A stretch of 64,000 nucleotides of DNA. Origin: Octopus vulgaris. Its lineage: Eukaryota. The notes below the pieces were generated by a model. It was not told the origin of the DNA. It saw only the letters and a program-made list of their open reading frames with translations, and searched no databases. Positions 36,806 through 50,050 of the stretch are shown one piece after another. Position 1 is the first letter of the stretch. Every line of letters begins with the position of its first letter. The DNA lies in contig OX597814.1 in the NCBI GenBank assembly GCA_951406725.2, positions 86,924,001-86,988,000 of the forward strand, written 5' to 3'. A program made the position numbers and the translations under genes.

Positions 36806-38054
36806 ACACACACGCACACACACACACACACATTTAAAAACGTACACACAGGTAACCATGAGTTTAAAATGGTGCATAGTAGACATATGTATGTATGCAT
36901 GTATATAATGTATGTATGTGAGTGTATATGTCTGTGTGTGAGTATTTCTTTGTGATGGATAGCAGAAAAGACACCTACCCGCTCTCTGATTAATGCCACA
37001 TATTCCTCACACCCACCTTTTCCCCCTTCCTGGGCATCTTAAAAGTTACCTGTGTGCATGGTTGTGTGTGCATGCATGTATCTATGTATTTATGAAAGTA
37101 TGTATGCAGCATGGTGTGTATATGGCAGTTGTATTAACATTACTATCCCATTGCCACTCCATATTTGTTGCTTAGACAAGGCTGCTTTCTCCTTATCTGT
37201 CACCATATTTCTTTCACACTACTACTCTTTGCACCTTTTTTTATTTTATCATATAATTCGCCCAACCCCACTAGGGGGAACATTATAGATTGTTATTGAA
37301 ATCCAATTAGCCTGTTATAGAACTGGATTTTAGTTTAACATGTATGGAAAGTTTGAAGATTGGTTTACTGGTTTAGGCAGTAAGATGGTGACAAACAGAC
37401 AGACAGACAAAAAGACAGAAATTACCATTTATATACAAGATAAGGGACTAGTCATCTTTGGAAGAAAATGAAAGACATTATATATAGTGTATTGTTTCAG
37501 TACGTTAGTAAAGTTTTGGTAAATATTAATATAATGATTTAAAAACAAATGTAAAAATACTTTACCTTTCACTTGTTTAACAGCTGTTGTTGTTCATATC
37601 ATAAAAGTTTTGACTGAGCATATGATAGTTAATTCACTAAAGCGTATGCATTAAGTAATAGGAAGAAAGAAAAAACAAAGTATTAAAATTCCCTCTTCCC
37701 TTCAGTAAACATATTCTGTCTCCCCCATTCAGTCCCTGTCTGTTGTTCTCTTTGTCTCTCACATTCCCTGTGTCTCTGTCTTCTCCCCATCCCTGATATC
37801 AGCCACCCTCATTACGCCATCACATTCCTCTCAACCTAACACTTTTTTACTCCCTCTCATTTCATCATATAATAGCCCAACACCCGTAGTTGGCCCATTA
37901 TCGGTTTTATTGAAATCCAATTAGTCTATAATTGAACTGGGTGTTAGTTCAACATGTATGCAAAGTTTGGTGAAGGCTGGTTTGCTGGTTTGGGCAGCAA
38001 GATGGTAACAGACAAACATACAGACAGATAGAAATTGCCATTTATATATAAGGA
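36224..38054 (-). mobile_element. Non-autonomous Helitron with two tandem 5' ends
   Basis: 3' end on minus: CCCCGCAATGACTGG...CTAG|T; 5' ends A|TCTTGTATATAAATGG (37440) and A|TCCTTATATATAAATGG (38054); ~37290-37441 is homologous to ~37905-38055. Confidence 0.7.
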
Positions 38055-39559
38055 TATATATATATATATATATGAAGAATTAGAGAATTAAGAGCTCAAT
38101 ATATATTCCCATTATGCAAATTAACAACAACATCAGTGGAATGACTGGACTCAAGGCAGAATATAACAGGAGAGAAGCAAAGAAACAAACAGAGCACAGA
38201 AGTTTGAGGCAAGGCCATTTTATATCTAAGTGGGCAGATACACATACACCTTCATATACATTCACAACAATTCTCAACATATATAATAGAAAAGAGGGAA
38301 GGCAGGAAAGAAAGGGCCAACCACAAAGTCTTGTAGACAAGACAGCTTGAATCTACCATTCCATCAATAACAAGATGTTAGCTCAGAGACCAGGATGATG
38401 ACATTAATAAGAGCAACAACGATTATGATAAAAGTACTAATAGTAGGAATGGCAACTACAGTACCGGCACTCCTGTTATGAATCAAGTTCAGAAAGGCTT
38501 ATGGTCATTTAATTATCAGGTTTGTGGTATCAGCTTCAAACAAGCTGCTCATTGACATACATACAAAGGTTGTGTTGATAAGAATATGAGTAGTGGGTGA
38601 ATTGTAATATACCTCCTACCCTATCACTTGCATGCATTAGCATCACTATACTGTACCTACGCACTCATGTACTCATATATGCACACACATATACACATAC
38701 ATCCACTCCCTCACATAACTGCACACACACACACACACACACAAAGAAGATACATATATGTTCACTAAGGCCTATCAGCATGCATATTGTTACATACACA
38801 TATGAACAAATATCTTAACGTCATCATGTCAAACTGCAACCACTTACTTGGGTTACATTGCTCCTTCTCCTGTACACATGTGCTTAGCTGATATCTTACA
38901 CTAGTGCATACGTTCATATGTATTCACAAAACAATGATAGATTATCCAAATATATCATGTTAGTTCATCTGATCTAGTAAGTCAATAAGCCTGTTCAGTT
39001 GGCAGTTTGGGAATACATGCTACATCCTGCTGAAGAGTGTATAATTACATGCAATCTGGTTTATTATTCTGGGTGTTGGGCTTACTTGATTGAATTGTGT
39101 TCAGACTGGGTGCAACTCATAATCTAATATCAGTTACTTCATTGTTCTTAGTCTTGCTATATAATGTGGTATTCCATGAAATGTTGTTGATGCAAGTACA
39201 GTCAGTGTGTGTATGTATACATGGGTGAATGAGATGAGACAGGGGTTCATGCACAGGAATACGGATCAGGTCTTCGAGTAGAAGGTATTTTGAATTATGA
39301 TGATCTCATGTCACATGAATATTGCCATGCCAACCATATGGCTTGGTAGGGTACTAAGCATACCCCTCTGTAGTTCAGGTATTTTCCCATCCAGTAACTT
39401 CAGAAAGTTCAACTTTGTTAGGTGTGAACAGTAAATCCCTATTTTGCTATATTTATTAAGAAGGTGTTTACTATTCATCATCATCTAATTTTTTCACAGG
39501 GAACGTACTGGCTGCCTCAGACACTTGGTAAAAAGTGCCCTTGGAGGAACCTTGCAGGC

Positions 39560-39971
39560 CAAAATCTTTAGCAGTATGTCGTCTGCTGCTATGTTCTGAG
39601 TCCAAATTCCACCAAGGTCGGCTTTGCCTTTCATCTTTTTGAGCTTAATAAATTAAGTACCACTAAAACACTAGAGTCAATGTAATTGACTAGTCCACTC
39701 TCCCCAAATTTCAGGCCTTGTGCCTATAGTAGAAAGGATTATTATTATTATAATTATTAAGGTGGCAAGCTCGCAGACTTGTTAGAATGCTGGATGAAAT
39801 GCTTAGTGGTATTTCACCTGTCACTACGTTATGAGTTCAAATTTCGCTGAGATTGACTTTGCCTGTCATCCATTCAGGGTTGATAAGTTAAATACCAGTG
39901 AAACACTGGGGTTGATGTAATTGACTCGTCCCCTCCCCCTAATTTGAGGCCTTGTATCTCCAGTAGAAAGG

Positions 39972-40013
<42 letters not shown>

Positions 40014-40220
40014 TATAAGGTGACAAGCTTGTAGACTCATTAACATGCCATACAAAATACTTAACAGCATTTCATCTTTATTTATGTTCTGGGTTAAAAT
40101 TCTGCTGAGTTTGACTTTGCCTTTCATTCTTTTTAGGGTCAATAAAATAAGTTTGAGTTAAGCACTGAAGTCGATGCGATTGACTGTCCCCTTCCATCAA
40201 ATATCAGGCTTTCTCCCTAA
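39560..40220 (+). mobile_element. Three tandem SINE family B copies separated by (ATT)n tails
   Basis: GACTTTGCCTTTCAT core three times; AGTAGAAAGGATTATTATT tails at ~39730 and ~39965. Confidence 0.8.
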
Positions 40221-40249
40221 TGAGATGGGTGATGTAGAAATGGGAGAAA

Positions 40250-41671
40250 CATAGTTGAATCACTACCGGAACTAGAAAAGAAATTTCAGGTGTGGAAGCA
40301 AGGTTTAGAATCAAAAAGCCTTAGAGTCAATGTAGCAAAGACCAAAGTTATAGTAAGTAGGAAGGTGAACTCATCACACACCCCTCAGGTAGGTGGCCCT
40401 GCTCGATCTGTAGAAAAAATGTAGGTAGAAACTCCATAAGATGTACCCAGTGTAAGCTATGGATGCATAAGAGGTGCAGCAACATAAAAGGAAAATTAAC
40501 CGAAAAGATAGCTTTCGTGTGCGGCAGATGCACAGGGGCAATAGACACCACAGATACTCAGAAAACAGATTCCATCACACTCCAGGGGGAGAAACTAGAA
40601 GTAGTTGATAGTTTCTGCTACCTAGGTGACCAAGTTAGTAGTGGAGCTGGATGCTCAGAGAGTGTCACCAGTAGAATATGAATAGCCTGGGCAAAGTTTA
40701 GAAAGCTTCTACCCCTACTGGTGACAAAGGGTCTCTCGCTCAGAGTGAAAGGTAGATTGTATGATGCATGTGTGCTAACTACCATGCTTCACGACAGTGA
40801 AACATGGGCTGTGACTGCGGCGGACATGCGTAGACTTGAAAGAAATGAAGCTAGCATGATCCACTGGATGTGTAATGTCAGTGTGCACAGACGACAGAAT
40901 GTAAGCACCCTGAGAGAAATGCTGGACATAAGAAGCATCAGATGTGGCATTCAAGAGAGACATTTGCGCTGGTATGGTCATGTACTTCAGATGGATGAGG
41001 AGAGATGTGTGAAGAAGTGCCACTCCCAAACAGTTGAAGGAATCCGGGGTAGAGGTAGACCCAGGAAGACATGGGATGAGTTGGTCAAACATGACCTTCG
41101 AATGTTGGGCCTCACAGAGGCAATGACGAAAGGCCGAGACCTGTGGAGATATGCTGTGACTGTGAAGACTTGACAAATAATGTGAGTTCATAGCTGTTTC
41201 CTGCACCAGCTTCACATCGAAGCCCCAGCCCATCCAAAGTACCTTGGATCACAGGACGACCAGCTGCGGTTATCTTTGATTGTAGGGCGACCTGCTGTGC
41301 TTGAGGAGACTTATTAATATCAAAATAAAAATCAAATGGAAATTGTAGTTGTGATACCTGTGCTGGTGGCACATAAAAAGTACCATCTGAACGTAGCCGA
41401 TGCCAGTGACTGGCTTCCGTGCTGGTGGTCCGTAAAAAGCACCAACTAATTGTGGCTGTTGCCAGCCTTCCCTGGTACCTGTGCCGGTGGCACGTAAAAA
41501 GCACCCACTACACTCATAGAGTGGTTGGCGTTAGGAAGGGTATCCATCAGTAGAAACACTGCCAGATCAGACTGGAGCCTGGTGCAGCCTCCTGGCTTCT
41601 CAGACCCTGGTTGAACTGTTCAACCCATGCTAGCATGGAAAATGGACGTTTAACGATGATGATGATGATGA
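40250..41671 (+). mobile_element. RTE-PHD LINE copy, 5'-truncated just after YADD
   Basis: HKRCSNIKGKLTEKIAFVCGRC, FCYLG, RHLRWYGHV, GRGRPRKTW; (GAT)n tail; closely similar to 17235-18600. Confidence 0.95.
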
Positions 41672-41674
41672 TAT

Positions 41675-42275
41675 AGGTGGTGGTGTCCTTTGAAATAGTC
41701 ACCTTGCTCAGCAAGGCACCAATCCCAGCATTCCTGCCACTTTTGGAATCCGGCCTGGAAATTGTTTTCTGTGAGTTGAGGATCTTCTGTAATTTGCTCT
41801 TGATTTTGACAAAAGTGTTAAAACAGTGACCTTTGAGCTGCATTTTTATCATGGAGAAGAGATGCAAGTCTACAGGTGCTAAATCTATATGGTGAATAGA
41901 GCAGGTGCAAAAGTGATAACATGTTGTTTTTGGTGAGGAGAGGTTGTTGACAGGGTGCACTGTCATCATGAAAAGTCCAATTATTCATGCTCCACAGATT
42001 CAGTCGCTTTTGCTGAATGTCCTCTCTCAAATGCTTCAAAATGTCGCAGTAGAACTCTCAATTGATGGTCTGTACCTAGGGAACAAATTCTCCATGCACA
42101 ATACCATATTTCTGGGGGTGATACATGTAGCAGGTCTTCCCGATCGCTCATTGTCTTCCAGGGATGTTCTTCTGCTTTCGAAGTGTATGACTCATTGCCT
42201 TGTTGCTGTAAGCTTGTTAAAGCATGCTCAATGTCTCTGTAGCAGACTTCCCAAGTTTACTGCAAAATTTCAGCA
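41675..42275 (-). mobile_element. mariner remnant
   Basis: NWTFHDDSAP and DLAPVDLHLFSMIKMQLKGHCF motifs; the N-terminal KLGKSATETLSML piece resembles 33800-33850. Confidence 0.8.
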
Positions 42276-42277
42276 CA

Positions 42278-42598
42278 TCCTTCACCAAGTTGAATGCCCT
42301 CCATCTTGCTCTTACCCTTTGAAAGATTTCATTCTCCATCTCTCGCTTCATAGTCACTTCTTGACCAAGATACACATAGCTGCTCATCTCTTCTATTTCA
42401 TCATCACCATCTGTTAAGTGACCAATCGGTACACCCTCAGACTGTATGTACTTGGTTTTCAGACAGTTGATCTTCAGGCTGAACAACTCTGAACCCTTGA
42501 ATTCCAATTCATCCAGCATGGTCTGCAGCTGATTGGTGCTCTGCACTATCAGCACTATGTCATCAGCAAATCTTAGATGAGTGAGCAGCTCTCTGGAA
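42278..42598 (-). mobile_element. RTE-clade RT fragment (another family, no PHD insert)
   Basis: LTHLRFADDIVL...LKINCLKTKY...YVYLGQ...RARWRAF. Confidence 0.85.
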
Positions 42599-42602
42599 AC
42601 AG

Positions 42603-42607
<5 letters not shown>

Positions 42608-42675
<68 letters not shown>

Positions 42676-42742
42676 TACATACACACATACATACATACAT
42701 ACATACATACATACATACATACATACATACATACACATACAC
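42608..42742. repeat. (CA)n(CATA)n microsatellite
   Basis: Direct observation. Confidence 0.95.
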
Positions 42743-43006
42743 ATTTACTTCATGTTCACACATATTCACAAATATGTACATTCCTTTCTTTCATTCAAGT
42801 TTATAAAAACCTACTCACATACTCATACATATGCTTCATCCATACACATTCCATTGGCAGGTTTTACATAAAGGAATCAAAAATTTCAGAGCTACAAATG
42901 CCTTGACCTAAACAACAATTACTATTTTGAAGTATTTGTACAAAACTATAAAAAAAAAACATAAAAATAAATTAGGTTACTCTAGCTGGTGTAGGTGTAG
43001 GGCATG

Positions 43007-43100
43007 TACTGGTTTATAGGGTTGCCCTGGGTTTCTTGCCATAAAGGTACCCTCTATGGCGAGAACCCAGGGCAACCCTATAAAAAAGCTTTCACCAGTA
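43007..43100. repeat. Compact GC-rich hairpin
   Basis: TTTATAGGGTTGCCCTGGGTTTCTTGCCATA / TATGGCGAGAACCCAGGGCAACCCTATAAA; outer TACTGGT / ACCAGTA. Confidence 0.85.
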
Positions 43101-44732
43101 ATATATTTATATATATACATGAGGGGGCAGTGAAAACTTCCTTGCTTTGGGTAAAAGAAAATACAGGAGGATCAGTTATTATTGATTTTATTCAACATAT
43201 TCTGCTCTCAGATCCACACACTTACTGCAGCAGTCGTTCAGTTGTTCTAAGCCCTGTAAAAGAATTTGGAAGGTTAGGTCTCAAGTCAAGCCTTTCATGA
43301 TACCCTTAAAACCAGGAACTATATATATAACACACACATGAGCGCATTCGCAAACACACACACACACACTCACACATTTACTTCACCATCACACTAGTTA
43401 ACAAATATGCATGCTCCTTTCTTACATTCAGGTTTGCAAATTCTACTCACTCATACATATGCTTTCAGCTCATACACATTCCATTGGTGGTTCAGCATAA
43501 AGGAAACAAAAAATTGAGAGCTACAAATGCCTTGTCCAAAATAACAATTATTATTCTGAAAGTATTTGTATGAAATTTATAACTAAAGGATAATAATAAA
43601 TTAGGTTATTCTAGCTGATGTTTTACACGCTGGTGATGCATTTAAGTGTTGAAAATGTCTGAAGTACTAGGTCATCAGATCAAGCTGTTCGTTAAATGTT
43701 ATAGTTTGGCCTTGAGTAAGTAATGAAGTGTTGGAACCGAATTGAATTAATGAAGAAGAGTTTTGTTTTATTTTTCTGCTGGTTGCTACTAACTTAATAT
43801 GGGTAATTTTTGTTGTTGTCATTGATGATGATGACATGATGTAGCAGTCCCTATTTCTGTTGTTGAAGATGTTGCTCTTGTTTATGAGAGATAAAATTGC
43901 TACAGTTGTTGTAGATGTTATTGTTGTTGTTTAGCCTGTCTGCTCTGATCAAAATTTTTCTGGCTGTGACTAACTGCATTTTTTTGTACATCTAGGTAAA
44001 TATTTTTGATTGCACTTTAGATGGTTGAATGAGATTTTTTTTTTAAGATTGTAGAGTAAGATTTGGTTTCTATTTCTAGTTGCTTGAGTGATCATCCATT
44101 GGCTTACTGCCATTTTTGCTTTTGTATTTGTTGTTGCTATTATTGATGACAATATTATTGTTGCTCTAATTCTTGTTAATGTTAATAAGGATATTATTGT
44201 TGCTAAGCCAAAAGTCAGCTCTGACGAAGCAGATCTATGATTAAAGGCAATCCAACCATGACCACCACTCATTTTCTATGTCTATGATCATATTTTCCAG
44301 TGTTTCTACCTATTTGCATGGTTTGGTGTGATTTCAGGAGATTTGGCTTCTATTTCTTGCATGTTTGGAAAACCTTGTAGAAACTTACTTGTTCACTCAA
44401 GTTAATGTTGATGTTTGCAAATGTTACTGTTGTTGTTAACGATCATGGTCTTTACTGTCATTGAGTATGATTTATTTATTTCAACTGACCTAATCAACAA
44501 CAGGACACAGCACACAGTTCTTGGTTGTTAATAATTTCTTCCAATAGATCACTGATTAACTTTGTAATGGAGTATCATGTTGGGGGTCACCAATTGTAAC
44601 GGATAATATATCTTTACTTTGGGAAGCCAAGTGTAATGTAGTTAGATGCTGGAGTCACCAATTGTAACGGAGTGGTTACCAAAATGTAACAGGTGTGATG
44701 TTGAAGAAGAGAAAGAAGAACAGTGGTTGAAA

Positions 44733-44975
44733 GTGGGGAGGTCGCAGAAATATTAGGACGCTGGGCGAAATGCTTAGTGGCATTTCGTCTGCTGTTACAT
44801 TCTGAGTTCAAATTCTGCCATGGTCGACTTTGCCTTTCATCCTTTCAGGGTCGATAAATTAAGTACCAGTTGTGCACTGGGGTCGATGTAATCGACTTAA
44901 TCCCTTTGTCTGTCCTTGTTTGTCCCATTTATGTTTAGCCCCTTGTGGGCAATAAAGAAATAAAGAAATAAGAAG
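44733..44975 (+). mobile_element. SINE family B, relatively young
   Basis: GAGTTCAAATTC B-box, GGTCGACTTTGCCTTTCATCCTTTCAGGGTCGATAAATTAAGTACCAG core, (AAGAAAT) tail. Confidence 0.8.
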
Positions 44976-46989
44976 AACAGTAGTTGAAGTTGATGTTGAC
45001 TCCAAATTTTATTTACTGTTACTTAATATGTATAGCCACACCATGATGGGCAGGCATGTATAAAATCAGTTGTAAAGCATGCAAGGTAAAGAGAGTTATA
45101 TTTTCAAGTATTAATGGATAGTGTAATACTTACATGTCTTGGGTCATTTAAGCAGCAGATGGAGAGAGACAGTGATGTTGTAGAAGAGGAAGATGGGCTA
45201 GTAAGACAGTGAGAGAGTGATGGGATGAGGCGCTCTGTGATGTCTCTTCAGTTGAGACAGCGTTTCATTCAGCTGGTCAGTCTCCTCTCTGGCTTACTTC
45301 TCACAAACTGATTTTATCCTGTAAACTGCTAGTATTTATAAGTATGCAGACCAGCTAGAAAAAGAGGTATACCACTCTAACAAGAGCTAAATTAAAGCAG
45401 GTCACTCCTTATCTATTTCAACTTTTCATGGCACAGAAAAGGTTAAGAGTCAAGTAGAAAACACATAAGTCTGTGTTCTTCCTTGACAGAAAAGTAGGCT
45501 GTATGGCTAGGGAGAATTTCTAGATTCAATTTTGAATCTCAGGTAGGGCCAAACGAGGTGTCTACAGCTTCATCTGCAATAGAACCATGGAAGACTCCAA
45601 GGTTAAGGTTAGGGTTAGGCAGAAGATGGACACTGAAGAAACTTCTAAACTGCCATAAATAAAGTCTAATTCCGCAGAAACACTAAGTTATCATCTGATT
45701 ATAAATATGCCACACTGCCACTAATCACTTCCAGTTATTTCTCTTAGTTAATTTTTGTTTAAATTATGCAAATTACCTTGGCCATAGCAATTTTCTACTC
45801 TATTTTGTATAAGTCTAAGTCATTTGGCTAATGGAGTTAAGGTCAGATAGTCGTTCTGCTAATGAGGGCCATTGAACCAGAAGTAAATGTCTACAATTGT
45901 CCTCTTATCCCAATGCAATAAACGTCTCCTTTTCCTTAACACCTTACCCGGCAAAGACGAGTTAACTTGTCTTCACCCAATTTGTCTTTTTTAGAGTGTG
46001 ACATGTCTGAAGCATATAATTTCAAAAGCAGCCATTTTTCGTTTTTTATCTTGGCATTTTTCGTTTTTTATCTGGTTTTTTTTTTTATAATTTTTTTTTT
46101 AAATGCAAATTATGCCCAAATGTCGAGCTCAGAAGATGACAATGAGTATGAACCTTCTATTAAATGCTTGGATACATCAGCTGAGAGTGCAAGCTTGTCT
46201 GATAAAAAAAGTTTGTCTGAAAATGAAATGTTTTCTCAAAAAAAAGTTGGGGAAGGGATTAATGGCAAGTCAAGTTTGGAGAATTTTTGAACCTTGAGAT
46301 TATCTTCCCTTCTCAAGTGATGCTAGTCATAATTGTTATTTGGTAATTATATCTTGCTTCCTTTTGAAGCAGAGATAATTTTAATAAATCAAGAATTTTT
46401 TTTTTTTTTGTAAAGTATTTAACATACTAGTATTCATCAATGTTGATTGAACCATATCTGATTACTTTCTTTCTAAGTATCCCATTCCATTTCTCACCAT
46501 TTATTCCTGGTGTCTCAGGAATAGAACACTTAATCTCAGCATCTGACATGACTTCATATTTATCGGGGATCAAAATGCTAAATTGTTACACTCATGTATT
46601 TTAAAACTTATTAACACTCAAGAGAAGTGAAATAGTTTTGGGTAGATAGCTAGATATGAAAAAAAGCTTATAGTTCCAGTAGTTTATCTTTCATTCTTTG
46701 GTACTCATTCTCTAAATTTGATTTCTGTTGACTAACTCAGGGTCAAAATATTACTGACACTTATACTGAAAATATAGAATGTAATGCAAACTCCAGCAAA
46801 ATTTGATCTACAACGTAAGACATTATATAACATTTTAAAACATGTAAGTCTATGTTCTACTCTATTGACTATTCCAACCATCTTTCCCACTGTTAATGAT
46901 TTCAAGGTCACACATTAAAGGAAGTGGAATATTTTGAAGTTTTTGCATTTTCCAAATGTATTTAGTGACATATGTGAAATAATATTATC

Positions 46990-47400
46990 GTCATCATCAT
47001 CATTGTTTAACATCTGCCTTCCATGCTGGCATGAGTGAGATGGTTTGACAGGAGCCAATCAGGCAGAAGCCTGCACCAGACCACTGTGACTGTTTTGACA
47101 TGATTTTTACAGCTGGATACCCTTCCCAGCACCAACCATCCAGCAGAGTGACACAAGCACAGGCGAGGGTAGTTTTGGCAAGGTTTTTACAGCTGGATAC
47201 CCTTCCAAATGTTAACCACTTTACAGTGTGGACTGGATGCTTTTTAAGTGGCACCTGCACTGACAGGGTCACCAAATAACTTGCAAGACAAAAATCTTTT
47301 GAGAGAGGAGGAGGAATTGTGTCAGATGATAAAAGGTTGGTTATAGTGAAACAGACAGAAACAGGTGTCTTGCTGCAGAGGAGGTACAAGGTTACCTGGC
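46990..47400 (-). mobile_element. RTE-related 3' tail fragment with an internal duplication
   Basis: (CAT)n tail followed by TTCCATGCTGGCATG; TTTTTACAGCTGGATACCCTTCC occurs twice. Confidence 0.65.
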
Positions 47401-47756
47401 CAGGGTGTGGGAGGGGAGAGAGAGAGAGAAAATGAGGATGGAAACAGGTGTGCTGTTGCAAAGGAGGAGAGAGAGTGTGGGAGACAGCAGGATGGAGATG
47501 GTGGCAAAGTGTTGGGGATACTCAGAACGGATGGAGATCAGAATATAAGAAATGGGATGGTCAAGTAAAGGCAGAGAGAGATATAGATGGTGGCAAGTGC
47601 CAGAGCATAATCTTGAAATTCGAAGGTCATAATATAAGTGGCAGGATATTGCCAAAGAAGCGTGATTAGTGAGTGGGGAGGAAAAGTGAGTGGTGAAAAC
47701 CTGGGTATATAGAGTGGGTGGGGTGGGCTACCAGATAGCAGTAATACAGAAAAACA

Positions 47757-48056
47757 GGGCTGTGAGGACAGGATTAGGGAGTGAGAGGTAGACATAGTGC
47801 ATGAAGGAAAAAATGTGAGGAAGAGAAGCGATATAGAGATTGGTTTGTTGAGGTAGGGTGTGTGAAAAGTTTTCTTGTTATGTGTGGGTGGAACACACAG
47901 GTTGGGGGTGGGGTCTATTGGATAGCAATGATAGAGATAGGGCTGTGAGGACAGGATTTGGGAGTGAGAGGTAGGCATAGTGCATGAAGGAGGAAATGTG
48001 AGGAAGAGATGTAGAGATGTAGTTTGGTTTGCTGTGTGAGAAGTTTTCTTGTTATG
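47757..48056. repeat. ~120-bp diverged direct repeat
   Basis: GGGCTGTGAGGACAGGATT.GGGAGTGAGAGGTAG.CATAGTGCATGAAGGA at ~47757 and ~47940. Confidence 0.8.
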
Positions 48057-48439
48057 TTAAGAAACAAAACTAGTTATTTAACTCCACTTTTTGGGGCTTA
48101 AAACTCATTCTATGGTTCATAGCACATTCAACAATGAAAACTCTATTTTATTACTTGAACTCATATAATTAACTTTAATGAAGGCCCTACATGTCAGTCA
48201 TACTCTGTTACAAAGGTAATTGTTTTGACAGCCTACCATATCACTAATAGTGTTCTGTAATTAAGCTGATATCATAGTTTTCAGACAGATTTGTCAATAG
48301 CTTGGGTAATTTCATCAACCCAAAAATTGTTGAAAATGACAATTATCCACATTATTGACATATTTTCTAAGACTTATAGGTCAAAGATGGAGAATTTTAC
48401 TGTGACTATTTTGTTTAGGGTCCTCATTAAATTTGCTTA

Positions 48440-49060
48440 CTTACTTAAAGCAGTCCATCTTAACAGATGACAATGTCATCTTTGATCCTTAGGGGTTGTC
48501 TTGATGGCGTTGGCAGGCCCTCGTGTAGCTGAAAAAGCTGATTCTGGAGTCACATGGCCAATTACACTGAGAGTAGTGAAGAGGGCTCCAATGAAGATGA
48601 GCTCATCTAGGATTTTGCTGACATTCCTTGAGCTGTCTCCGCTTTTCTTCGTGAAGTATAGTCCACTCATCCTCAAAATACTGCGTACCAGTTTTGACTA
48701 TACTCTTCCAGGTAGTACGGTCTATGGTCAGTGTTTCAAGTTCACCAGGGGGGATGTTGCAGAGTTTCAAAGATTTATTGAGATGATCTTTATATCGCTT
48801 CTTTGGACCCCCATGTGGTCGGTTAACCTCTGCTAACTCCTCAAAAAGGACAATCTTGGGTATATGGTTTTCCAACATCCTGATAACATGCCCCACTCAG
48901 CACAGTTGACGTTCGAGGATAATGCATTTGATGCTGGTCAATTTTGCTCATCTCAGGATCTCCGTATGTGGGATCTTGTCCTTCCAGAAGAATGTGCTGG
49001 AGACAGCAGATATGATTTAAAGGAGATTTAGCAGCTATTTCTAGAAACTCAAGCAAGCAC
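48440..49060 (-). mobile_element. RTE (BovB-like) C-terminal fragment
   Basis: GHVIRMLENHIPKIVLFEEL...RPHGGPKKRYKDHL...DRTTWKS. Confidence 0.85.
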
Positions 49061-49410
49061 TTGGGATCTTCCCTCTTTTGCTCATGTTGAGGCTAATAAT
49101 TATAGTGGTGGTGATTTTGATGGTGATAAATCCTGTTATTACTGTAATTTCTGCACATTTATTTGAACCTCCTCTAGCAGTAATAGTGTCACCAAGGTAG
49201 GATTTTTAATATTTTCACTAGAACCAACTACTTCCAACAAGCAGTCAGTGGTCTTTGTTTTATCACTACTCTCAAAACTAGCTACTCTTAGTTATCAAGC
49301 TATCTCACCAGATGATTATATAGCAATTTACATATCAACTCTGCCCTGTTTTTTTTCTTGATTATTTTTTTAGATTGTGTTCTGTGAATAACATTATTAC
49401 ACATCACTGC

Positions 49411-49467
<57 letters not shown>

Positions 49468-49849
49468 GTACGTATGTGTGTGTATTTCCATATTTCATTT
49501 CCACAAGAACACCAACCTTAAAGACACAAATGCTTTTCCAGAAAACTCTTGTTGAATTGCAACAAAACTACCAAGGGACATAACTTTTAACTTAATCCCT
49601 TGCTCAATTCATTTCATCATCTTTTTCACAGCGACTGCAAACTGAATGTGTCTATTCAACTCCAACAGCAGTCACCATATTTCATTCCATAATGGCTACC
49701 TCTGAAGAGCACAGAGTTACATAATTGGACTGTTACCTAACACTCTGTTAAACCCCTAGTGTGAAACTGATTGTGAAACTGATTGGTAACTGATTGCCCG
49801 TAATGGATATATATAACACTACACTTTGATTAATATATATATGTCACAT

Positions 49850-50050
49850 CACATATGATAAAGTGGAAAATAGTCAAAAAATCCACACCATATGTTAACA
49901 GATCAAAAAAATGTAAGTTATGTGTAGCTGAAAGAACTCAGATCCTTTGCAGATCTAAGAACTCTAACACACAGCTGAAATCAAGATCTGAAATTTTCAG
50001 TAGATATAAGCATATGGCTAAGTTCCTGTTGACAAATTGGAAAGTGCTAC
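49850..50050 (+). mobile_element. Penelope-like element, GIY-YIG C-terminal remnant
   Basis: IKWKIVKKSTPYVNRSKKCKLCVAERTQIL...LKSRSEIFSRYKHMAKFLLTNWK (CxLC..EK / LNxRSE..C.H-type motif). Confidence 0.75.

Noticed and set aside
38900-39480. Possible Penelope RT remnant (TTLYSKT-like peptide, minus strand)
   Set aside because: Too degraded to support by eye; needs tBLASTn.
42563-42906. HT/CV/YI-repeat ORFs here and at ~32100, ~52016 and ~54819
   Set aside because: Microsatellite translations.
45937-46290. piggyBac 5' end with acidic N-terminus (MSSSEDDNEYEPS)
   Set aside because: Suggestive TTAA-CACC start only; no matching right TIR or catalytic motifs seen.
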